Shown here one piece after another: positions 1-8,624 of a DNA stretch of 64,000 nt. The notes beneath the pieces were generated by a model. The model did not search any database. It was not told the DNA's origin and saw nothing but the letters and a program-made list of their open reading frames with translations. The position numbers and the translations under genes are program-made. How positions within the stretch are numbered: the first letter of the stretch is position 1; each line of letters starts with the position of its first letter. This DNA is from a virus (lineage: Duplodnaviria > Caudoviricetes), in the IMG/VR virus record IMGVR_UViG_3300028591_000130, positions 40,761-104,760 of that record; one strand, given 5' to 3'.

Positions 1-831
1 CGCGGTGCAGTCTTTGTTAAAGAAGTTAATATTGCAGCAGCAGTCACAGGATCCAACCAAGTCTTTGAGACTGCAGCAGGCTATACCGTAGGACAAGAGC
101 AACTTGAAGTTTACGTTGACGGTATTAAATTGCCTCGCAGTATTAACGGTTTTTGCGAGATAGTCGATACTGTTAATCCTACAGTTGACTACTCTTACGT
201 TGATGACTCTCTTGTGACCAGATATCAAGATACGATATCGCATCATTTTAAGGTTGTTAAAAATATTACTGTAGGACAGACTATTACTTGCCGTATATCA
301 AGACAAGTTTGGAATTACGATCAGCTTGATACGTTAGTCTCTAACATAAAGGCTTACGCTAACAGTGCAATGTCTGTAGCCAACAGCGCTCTTGAACAGG
401 TAGAAACTCTTAACACTAACTTTATTTCTAACTGGAATGATATCAAGGATTTAACCGATACTATCCAAGAGAACATAGCTGATCTTGATAACTGTTACAA
501 ACAAGGAACAACTATAGCGCTGTCTGATATTCCTGCACAAGTGAGAACAGGTGTAATATCAAATTCCTTTGATATCATTGTTCCGATAACTTCTACTGTC
601 CTTACTGTAAATAACGTTAATATCAACGATGTATTTTCTGTCTATTACGTTACAGCAGATAACGTCAGATTGCTTATTCAAAATGGAAGTAACAGAGATA
701 TCCAGGATATTGATTATGACATACAAAGACTAACTGATACTCAAGTCAAGATTATCTTAAGAGATGACTTAGTTATTCCTAACACAAAGCTTTACGTTAG
801 GGGATTCAAGAGAGGTGTAAGCAGTGGATAA
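1..831 (+). CDS. Putative virion structural protein (5'-truncated)
   Basis: Frame is open from base 1 (RGAVFVKEV...LEVYVDGIKLPRS), upstream of the ORF-track start at 130. VYVDG module is shared with neighbouring structural proteins. Confidence 0.6.
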   Translation, partial: RGAVFVKEVNIAAAVTGSNQVFETAAGYTVGQEQLEVYVDGIKLPRSINGFCEIVDTVNPTVDYSYVDDSLVTRYQDTISHHFKVVKNITVGQTITCRISRQVWNYDQLDTLVSNIKAYANSAMSVANSALEQVETLNTNFISNWNDIKDLTDTIQENIADLDNCYKQGTTIALSDIPAQVRTGVISNSFDIIVPITSTVLTVNNVNINDVFSVYYVTADNVRLLIQNGSNRDIQDIDYDIQRLTDTQVKIILRDDLVIPNTKLYVRGFKRGVSSG

Positions 832-1273
832 GGCACAAATATCTTGGTATGCAAAATGTTTATCTGACGAACGTTACTCTGTTAATAATGACTTTTACGC
901 TGGTAAGTATACTAATGAGGACCCCATAGTAGTTGATATCCAACTTTGGAATAACAGATGGGGTACAGAAACCGTAGCAGATCTTACTAACTATGACATA
1001 TGCTTCTTCTTTGATTGTGTAGAAGATTCTGTACTGCTTGATTACTGCACTATTATTTATAATGACAGTAATATTATTCCTTTTTACGTTACCGGGCGCA
1101 AAGCTGTTCTTTCTATGGATACTAAGCCTGTCTTGTCAGGAACTAAAAACAACGGGTCAAGTGCAGACAATATCGATCACTTTCTTCAACTTAGATTAAT
1201 CTTTAACGCTACAGAAGAAAAACTAAAGAATAACGACTTAAAGTCATTGTACTTTGAAGTACTTGAAAGATAA
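824..1273 (+). CDS. Hypothetical phage protein
   Basis: 149 aa, GAGGTG RBS, overlaps the upstream stop. Confidence 0.75.
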   Translation: MDKAQISWYAKCLSDERYSVNNDFYAGKYTNEDPIVVDIQLWNNRWGTETVADLTNYDICFFFDCVEDSVLLDYCTIIYNDSNIIPFYVTGRKAVLSMDTKPVLSGTKNNGSSADNIDHFLQLRLIFNATEEKLKNNDLKSLYFEVLER

Positions 1274-1335
1274 GAAATATCTTATCTGCAGTAATATGGT
1301 TTGTAAAGGAATTCTGTAAAAAGGAGGTAATCAGA

Positions 1336-3303
1336 TTGTCTACAGTTAGGTTCGTTGACAAAGATACGTTATACAGCAGCGAACGATCAACTGCTCAAGA
1401 AGTTAACTATCCTGTAGCTACTGTGGTGTACGCAGTATCTACCGAACTTCCTGTTAAGCTGCCAAAAAATGTACTTTTATACACTACTGACACAAGAGAA
1501 TTGTATATCGGTACAGGCGATAAATTGGTCAGAGTTAACATAGGCTCAGACGGTGCTGTTGTAAGCTTGGCTGACTACCTGACAGAAGCACAGTTAGGTA
1601 ATACCTACACAAAACTTGAACGTTTTAATCCCGTCAAAGATCAAGTAGACGCACTTAATGTTCAGCTTGGTCGTCTGCAAGACTCTATTAGTACCGTCAA
1701 TATCAAACTTGACAATAAAGTTGATGACGATGATATCTTTACAGTCAGAGAGATGCAGAACACCTTTGTTAAGAATGAACAGTTTATTAACGGTCTTGAC
1801 AATAAAGTTAACGTACGTGTTAATGATCAGGGCAATGAGTCATATCACGTTAACACTAAAGACGGATCTGTAATCCAGTTTATTAACGGTCAAACGAAGA
1901 TAACGTCAAAAGTCAGTGTTCAAAAAGATAATGTTACGTTACAAGCTTTAAATAACTCTAACTTGGGTAGTCGTTTGTTCGTTAAACAGACCGGTATCTT
2001 TTATACCGAAGACCAAGAGACACCAAAAGAAAAAGACAGACTGGCCACACAAGACGATATTGACAAGTTACAAAATATGTACAGTGATCTGGTATCAAGA
2101 GTAGAAGGTATTGAGATACAGCACGGGCAGGTTAAGGCACAAACTGACAGTTTTGAACTTAACCTTGCTCGTATGATTGCATCTTTGGAAGCAGCAAGTG
2201 CTGACGCCACCGAAATAAGAGATATTGCAACAAGAGCAGACAACCTGGCAAGTGTTACTAACAATAACTATATTGACTTGTATAACACGGTAGGTTCTTT
2301 AAATTCTGCTGTGCAAAACATATCTTCTACAGCGCAAGCTGCCTATACCGACGCAAACTGGAGTTCTGATGCCATAGCACAATATCGTCTTGAAAATGAC
2401 GCAAGGGTTACCACTCTTGAACAAAGTCTTGACAGGTATATGGGTGCACAAGTTATTTATAGCGTCATAGATAACCCTGCAGCAAAAGTTATCACAAATA
2501 TTGTGCCCGGTTATTACGTTAATAATCCTGTTAATATTCTTGAAGTTCCTTACGGCACTAAAGATATTGCCAGTAAGATAGCAGCTGTTGATGCCGATAA
2601 CGTTCTTGTAGCTGCAGTTACCGAAAGTGATATGCCTTTAACTGTACCTGCGGGTATATCTTGGGACTTCACTATGTACAATCCTACAAATTATCAAACA
2701 GCTGTAGTTTACGCAGGTAATATTAAAGAAACGGCAGATCTTAAATTGCCTGTCGGCAGTACGCTAAGACCGCAGATTGTTATCAAGGTTAAAGCACCTG
2801 ACAATATCTTACCTGTTGACATAGCTGATAACGGATGGATTGAGTACTTTGTTATGCCTATTAACTGTTATATGGTTAGAGATTTCGCATCTTCATTTAT
2901 CCAAAAGAGCATAGGATCTGAAGAACTTATGGGTATAGATCAGAACGGCGAACCTGTTATTCGTACTGTACGTCTGGATCTCGTAGGTGCACTTAACGAA
3001 AGAGACGAGACACAAGAAAATCCGGTTCTAAAGACCTATACAGACTTAACGGATACAACTGACGTTCTTGACAGTAAGTTTATATCCAAATATCCTGAAG
3101 GTTTGGAAGTTCCTGTCAGACTCAACAATGAAGACACCTTTGATGAGTATGAAACAGAATGTTATCACGCAGGTGCGTTTATCAGCAACGGTGCATTCTG
3201 GTATAACCAAGATTCTGACTGTCTTGTGTTTGATAACAGAAGTCCTGTTAACTTGGTTTACAAGATATATACTATTAGTCCTTCTTCTGAAGGAGGTGCG
3301 TAA
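1336..3303 (+). CDS. Putative tail fibre/virion protein with coiled coil
   Basis: AGGAGG RBS; N-terminal YTTDTRELYIGTG motif typical of fibre N-termini; central heptad region; N-terminus paralogous to 3924..6092. Confidence 0.6.
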   Translation: MSTVRFVDKDTLYSSERSTAQEVNYPVATVVYAVSTELPVKLPKNVLLYTTDTRELYIGTGDKLVRVNIGSDGAVVSLADYLTEAQLGNTYTKLERFNPVKDQVDALNVQLGRLQDSISTVNIKLDNKVDDDDIFTVREMQNTFVKNEQFINGLDNKVNVRVNDQGNESYHVNTKDGSVIQFINGQTKITSKVSVQKDNVTLQALNNSNLGSRLFVKQTGIFYTEDQETPKEKDRLATQDDIDKLQNMYSDLVSRVEGIEIQHGQVKAQTDSFELNLARMIASLEAASADATEIRDIATRADNLASVTNNNYIDLYNTVGSLNSAVQNISSTAQAAYTDANWSSDAIAQYRLENDARVTTLEQSLDRYMGAQVIYSVIDNPAAKVITNIVPGYYVNNPVNILEVPYGTKDIASKIAAVDADNVLVAAVTESDMPLTVPAGISWDFTMYNPTNYQTAVVYAGNIKETADLKLPVGSTLRPQIVIKVKAPDNILPVDIADNGWIEYFVMPINCYMVRDFASSFIQKSIGSEELMGIDQNGEPVIRTVRLDLVGALNERDETQENPVLKTYTDLTDTTDVLDSKFISKYPEGLEVPVRLNNEDTFDEYETECYHAGAFISNGAFWYNQDSDCLVFDNRSPVNLVYKIYTISPSSEGGA

Positions 3304-3305
3304 GA

Positions 3306-3920
3306 ATGAGTACAGTTACAAGAGCTGATATCGAAGAACTTAAAAATTACTTACAAAAAATAGTTCTTGCAGACAATCTTTCTTCTAATCCGGAACTCAG
3401 ATCTCACGCATTACTTGAAAAGAATGCCAAGCTTGAAACGTCAACCAAGACTGTCATAGGCGCCATTAACGAACTTGTAAGACGTATTAACACAGAGACT
3501 AAAAGTAATCGTCAAGTTATTATGTCCTTGCTCAGACTGGTAGGAGACCCTTACCTGCACCCTAATCTTGTTGATCAGGTATTACGACAAAGTACGTCAC
3601 TAACCCAAATGGTATTAGACTTAACACGTAAAGTTAACGAAGTCAAAAATGCGTCAAGGACAGTTTACTATCAAGTATTTTCTGTTACCAACAACGACTA
3701 TCTCAATAACTTTACGTATAAGCTTGATCATGTGCCGGTAAAAGAGTCAGTTAAGTTTATCCTTAACGGTGTAACCTATATTAAGGGATTTATTGTTAAT
3801 CCTAATGAGTGTACTGTTCAATGGACAGACACAAAGGAAGCAATGGGTGCAGCAGGTATTACACCTGAGGTTGATTCAAGCATTATGATAGAGTATGTAG
3901 GCATAGAAGTGGAGGATTAA
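3306..3920 (+). CDS. Putative virion protein
   Basis: LETSTKTVIGAINEL fibre-type motif; C-terminal KLDHVP..VKFILNG module. Confidence 0.6.
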   Translation: MSTVTRADIEELKNYLQKIVLADNLSSNPELRSHALLEKNAKLETSTKTVIGAINELVRRINTETKSNRQVIMSLLRLVGDPYLHPNLVDQVLRQSTSLTQMVLDLTRKVNEVKNASRTVYYQVFSVTNNDYLNNFTYKLDHVPVKESVKFILNGVTYIKGFIVNPNECTVQWTDTKEAMGAAGITPEVDSSIMIEYVGIEVED

Positions 3921-3923
3921 GAT

Positions 3924-6092
3924 ATGGCTTCAACGTTAAAATTCACAGGTAACGTTACAGGACAAATTAAGGCAAGGGGATCTTACGTTACAAAAAGTTA
4001 TCCTACAAGTGCAATCCTATACACTACAAGTACAGAGTTGCCGGAAAAACTTGACGAAAATGCACTGATCTTCACAACCGATACTGCTGAACTTTTTGTA
4101 GGTACCAAGACAGGTATTCAAAAGTTAAAACTTGGCAGCGAAGCTGATCTTAATCCTGCAATTTACCTTACTATTGCTAACGCCAAAAACACCTACCAAA
4201 CAAAGGAAGGTATGCAAAAGGTTAAGGACGATATCTACGAAGATATCTACACCTTACAAAATAACGTTTATACCAAGGAAGCTATTAATGACTTTATAGC
4301 TAAAGATTATGACAAAGACGGTGTTTTGGATAACCTTCAAACTTATACAATGCAACGTATTGATGAGTTGCTTGGTGAAAAGGCAGCTTCTTCTGATATT
4401 TACTCCAAAAGAGAAACTAACGAACTCTTGTTGAACAAGGTAAACTATGATGACTTTACACCTGTTCAAAGCGCAGTTAATGCAATGTCACCCGTATTAA
4501 CTCGTCTGTCTTCTGATATCACAACGAAGGCAAACAAGGATGACGTTTACAGACAAACTGAAATTGACAATAAGTTTGTAGCTGTTAACACAAGCATTCT
4601 TGATATCCAAAATAGTGTAACGGCACTTGACGAAGCAGCAGCCAAACAAGCTGACGTCACAGATACCGTAAGAGAGATAAACAACAGGATTGACGCCCTG
4701 GATGACACAAAGACTTCGCTGGCTTACGTTAATGAGCAAGATCTTGCTATTAAAACAACAGTTGGCAGTTTGTCTCGTGATCTTTCTGACTTTAAGACTA
4801 CTGTTTACAACAAAAGTGAAATCGACTCTAAAGTTAGAGAACTTAACAGCGCTGTCCAAGATACCAATACTGCTATTAATAACAGTGTTGCTGAAATCAA
4901 TGAAACAATAGCAACGTTAAGTCACGATATCATAGATAACAGCGCTGCAATCGGCAATAATGTTCGTGATATTACCACTAACGCAAGAGATATTGCAAGC
5001 GCAGTCATAGATATCAACACGATCAAAAGTACCTTACAAACTAAAGCTAACAGCACTGACGTTTATACCAAAATTGAAGTTCAAAATCTTCTCGAAGGTA
5101 AAACTGATCTTACCGCCTTGTATCGTACTATAGAAGAGTATAACGAACAAACAATCAAGGAAATGTTTGAAAGAGAAGATGCCCTTGACTTAACATTATT
5201 CTATACAAAGACTGAAGTTGACAATCTGTTAGCTAACAAAGCAAGCAGTACTAATCTTGAAACTCTTGTTGAAAGAGTCTCAACCATAGATCGTGACGTT
5301 ACTCGTATTCTTGAAACAAAGTTACCGGCTATCACTAATGATATGTCTACTATGGCAGGACAAATTGACAATGCCTTGTCTACAGTTAACGATAATACTA
5401 TAGCTGTAAGGTCAGCCAATCGTAATTCTCTTGAAGCTAAAGTTAACGCTCAAAATGCCGTTGACACAGCAAACAACGCTCTTAATATTGCGAATAGTAC
5501 TATCGAAAAAGGCGATAAGGCTATTGTTGACTCTGCTGCTGCACTCAGTGCTGCTACTGATGCTGCTGCTGCAGTTGAAGGTGCAGTCAGAGCTGCAAAC
5601 AATATCCAAGACTTGATAGCAGGCGTTCAGCTTGAATTCGCAAACCTTAAGAATAATACAGTGAATACTGCTACCTTTACTGCCGAACTTGCAAAGAAAG
5701 CTGATATCGTTGCACTTGAAAATAAGGCAAGCAAAACAGAACTTACTACAGGTTTGTCTCTTAAGGCAGACAAAAGTGCACTTGAAGATCTTGCTGACGT
5801 TGTAGCAATAAAGAGTACGGTAGAAAGTGCACTTGCTACTAAAGCTGACACAACAACAGTTGACTCAAAAGTTAGAGAAATAAACAATAGTATAACAAGT
5901 ATTATAAATAGTGTAGAAGATCTCAATACTAAGCTTGAAGCTGCCATAAATGATACATCTTACGTTGATACTGCACTTCAAGAGAAGGCTAACATAACTG
6001 ATGTTTACACAAAAGCTGAAGTTGACGAGATTATTAATGATACTGTCAGACAGGTAATGAACACGTTAACCCTTAAGTTATTGGGACAGTAA
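3924..6092 (+). CDS. Putative long coiled-coil tail fibre protein
   Basis: Repeated KA(N/D)xxDVYTKxEV(D) motifs; N-terminus similar to 1336..3303. Confidence 0.65.
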   Translation: MASTLKFTGNVTGQIKARGSYVTKSYPTSAILYTTSTELPEKLDENALIFTTDTAELFVGTKTGIQKLKLGSEADLNPAIYLTIANAKNTYQTKEGMQKVKDDIYEDIYTLQNNVYTKEAINDFIAKDYDKDGVLDNLQTYTMQRIDELLGEKAASSDIYSKRETNELLLNKVNYDDFTPVQSAVNAMSPVLTRLSSDITTKANKDDVYRQTEIDNKFVAVNTSILDIQNSVTALDEAAAKQADVTDTVREINNRIDALDDTKTSLAYVNEQDLAIKTTVGSLSRDLSDFKTTVYNKSEIDSKVRELNSAVQDTNTAINNSVAEINETIATLSHDIIDNSAAIGNNVRDITTNARDIASAVIDINTIKSTLQTKANSTDVYTKIEVQNLLEGKTDLTALYRTIEEYNEQTIKEMFEREDALDLTLFYTKTEVDNLLANKASSTNLETLVERVSTIDRDVTRILETKLPAITNDMSTMAGQIDNALSTVNDNTIAVRSANRNSLEAKVNAQNAVDTANNALNIANSTIEKGDKAIVDSAAALSAATDAAAAVEGAVRAANNIQDLIAGVQLEFANLKNNTVNTATFTAELAKKADIVALENKASKTELTTGLSLKADKSALEDLADVVAIKSTVESALATKADTTTVDSKVREINNSITSIINSVEDLNTKLEAAINDTSYVDTALQEKANITDVYTKAEVDEIINDTVRQVMNTLTLKLLGQ

Positions 6093-6119
6093 TGTCTGAA
6101 AAATCGGAGGTATAACAAA

Positions 6120-7817
6120 ATGGCTGAATTAAAAAATCTTGAAACATTGGCTCAGAATGTTGCTAACGCTGCAGCAGCTGCTCGTACTGCTGATATCAAC
6201 GCAGCTAAAGCTGACGTTATCAACACAGTAGAAACTACTGTTGTTGAACGCGTTATCAAAAACACCCTTGACGTTGATATCAATCAGCTTGCTACTAAAG
6301 CTGAAGTTACTGCTGTTGCTGACGCTGCGGCGAGCGCACTTTCTACTGCTATCAGCGGTGTCAATACCACTATCGAAACTAACCGTCAGGCAGCAAGTGA
6401 TAGTCTCGACAACTATCGTAGTACTGTTAACACAACAGTTGAAGGTATTAACGCTGATATCCAGGCTAACGCTGACGCTATTGCAGCTAACGGCGCAAGC
6501 ATTACTCAGCACACTAACGATATCGCACAAGCACAAGCTGATATCAGTGCTAACGCTACGGCTATCGAAAATGCTAATGGTCAGATTGCTCTTAAAGCTA
6601 ACGCAGCTGACGTTTATACCAAGGCAGAAGTTAACGCTCTTCTCGGCAACGCTGCCAACGTAGAGGAAATCGTCGGTACTTACACTAAGGATAAGATTGA
6701 CGAACTTCTTGCTCGTGAAATGGACGTTGAGAACACTTATTCTCAAGCACAGGCTGACGCAAAGTTTGCAACTATCACAAACCTTAACGCAGCTACCGAT
6801 CGTGTAACCGAACTTGAGACCAAGTGTGCAACTGTTTTGACAAGCGTTCAAGCTAACGCCACTGCAGCAGCTACTGCTAACCAGAACGCTACCGACGCCC
6901 TTACAACTGCTAATAGTGCAAAAACTCTTGCTGACGACGCACGTACTCGTTCAACAACAGCAAAAGAAATTGCAGAAGAAGCTAAAGGTATTGCCAGCAC
7001 TGCGTCAGGTAACGCAGCAACAGCTCTTGATACTGCTAACACTGCAGCGTCAACTGCTACTACAGCTGACGGTAAAGCTGATACTGCTGTTACTACGGCA
7101 GGTACTGCTGTTACCAAAGCAGAAGCAGCACAAGCTGACGTAAGCACTCTCTCTGAAGACTTTGAAACTTACAAGACCACGACTGACGCAGCTCTTGCTA
7201 CTAAGGCAACAACGACTGCACTCTCTGACGCACAGTTTGCACTTCAGCAATCTATTAACGCCAAACTTGACACTGCTACTTATAACACAGATATCGCAAC
7301 CAAAGTTGATACCGAAACCTACGAAGCAGGTATGGCCCTTAAGCTTGACGCGGCAACATTCCGTGATCATATTGCTGATTCCTATACCAAGGATCAGCTT
7401 TACACGAAGTCTGACGTTTATAACCAGACTGAAGTAAACAATCTCTTACAAGGGTACGTTACAACTGCTAACCTTCGTACTCTTGAAACTGAACTTTCTT
7501 CAACCTTTAATAATAAAATTGATAAGGACGATTATCAAGAAGATCAAACTGCGTTACAAAACACTATTGCTACTCTCGCTGTTGCAAATACTGTTAACGC
7601 AGCTATTGCTCTTAAGGCTGATCAGGCTACCACCTATACCAAGACTGAAGTTGACGCTGCCATTGCACCCCTTGCTACTACTGCAAATGTAACTGCAGGT
7701 CTTGCTCTTAAAGCTGACGCATCTGATACCTATACCAAGGCTGAAGTTGACGCTGCCATTAACGCGGCCATTGCTGAAGTCCTTGAGACTATCCAAGCAC
7801 AGCTTGCAGGCGAGTAA
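6120..7817 (+). CDS. Putative Ala/Thr-rich coiled-coil fibre protein
   Basis: Multiple ALKADxxxTYTKxEVDAAI repeats; strongly biased codon use; GGAGG RBS. Confidence 0.65.
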   Translation: MAELKNLETLAQNVANAAAAARTADINAAKADVINTVETTVVERVIKNTLDVDINQLATKAEVTAVADAAASALSTAISGVNTTIETNRQAASDSLDNYRSTVNTTVEGINADIQANADAIAANGASITQHTNDIAQAQADISANATAIENANGQIALKANAADVYTKAEVNALLGNAANVEEIVGTYTKDKIDELLAREMDVENTYSQAQADAKFATITNLNAATDRVTELETKCATVLTSVQANATAAATANQNATDALTTANSAKTLADDARTRSTTAKEIAEEAKGIASTASGNAATALDTANTAASTATTADGKADTAVTTAGTAVTKAEAAQADVSTLSEDFETYKTTTDAALATKATTTALSDAQFALQQSINAKLDTATYNTDIATKVDTETYEAGMALKLDAATFRDHIADSYTKDQLYTKSDVYNQTEVNNLLQGYVTTANLRTLETELSSTFNNKIDKDDYQEDQTALQNTIATLAVANTVNAAIALKADQATTYTKTEVDAAIAPLATTANVTAGLALKADASDTYTKAEVDAAINAAIAEVLETIQAQLAGE

Positions 7818-7853
7818 TCTTAATAGACTATATTATAGTTAGATAAAATAACC

Positions 7854-7908
7854 GGAGGTAATCGGAATATAATCTGTACAAAGATAAAGTCCGGTTACCT
7901 CCTGTTTT
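7854..7908 (+). terminator. Stem-loop, terminator-like
   Basis: GGAGGTAATCGGA (7854-7866) pairs with TCCGGTTACCTCC (7890-7902), followed by TGTTTT. Confidence 0.45.
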
Positions 7909-7923
7909 AACAAAAGGAGGTAT

Positions 7924-8586
7924 ATGGCTTTGGTTAACTTACAAGCGTTAGCACAAAATCTTGCAACCAGCATATCGCAGTCACAAGAAACAAAAATAAC
8001 GGCAGCTAACGCTGCTACTATCGCTAAAGTTAAAGACGAAGTAATATCAGATGCCATTAAGGAAAACCTTGGTGTTTCTGCTATGTCAGGATTAGCTACT
8101 GACGCTGAACTTACTGCAGCTCTTGCGTCTTACGTTAAGACTGATGATATCTTTAAAAACGGATATTTTTATACCAAGAAAGATAACGCTGACGAATCTT
8201 ACGCTTTGCTTTGGAACGAAAGTGACGGTGGCGGTTCACAGTACTATAACAAAACAGCTGATATCATTTCTTACGTGGGAACCAATGACGGTAACGCTGA
8301 CGGTATAGCTGTACAAATTTACTCTAAGTATAAAGACGGTATCGGTGACAATACCGTCAAAAACAGTGGGGTTCGTATTAACGTCAATCCTAAAGGAGCT
8401 TATTACACTAAAGGTACTGACACAACTGCAACAGGCGGATCCGTCGATAACGAGATAGCAGTTAAGGGCGATATTACTGCGTTACTAAACAGGATATCAG
8501 ATCTTGAAAGTTTGGTTACTACCCTTCAGACAGCTCTTGCTAACGCTGTTGACGGCAATGGTAACGCAGTCTACTCATTGCCGTAA
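7924..8586 (+). CDS. Putative virion/fibre-associated protein
   Basis: N-terminus (NLQALAQNLA) resembles 6120 (NLETLAQNVA); beta-rich core resembles the middle of 1336..3303. Confidence 0.6.
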   Translation: MALVNLQALAQNLATSISQSQETKITAANAATIAKVKDEVISDAIKENLGVSAMSGLATDAELTAALASYVKTDDIFKNGYFYTKKDNADESYALLWNESDGGGSQYYNKTADIISYVGTNDGNADGIAVQIYSKYKDGIGDNTVKNSGVRINVNPKGAYYTKGTDTTATGGSVDNEIAVKGDITALLNRISDLESLVTTLQTALANAVDGNGNAVYSLP

Positions 8587-8624
8587 AATAAAAATTTCGA
8601 TATCATAAAGAGGTGTAACATTCT

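Noticed and set aside
7606-7760. Direct repeats resembling a CRISPR or other DNA repeat array
   Set aside because: They are in-frame protein repeats (ALKAD...YTK.EVDAAI) with synonymous differences
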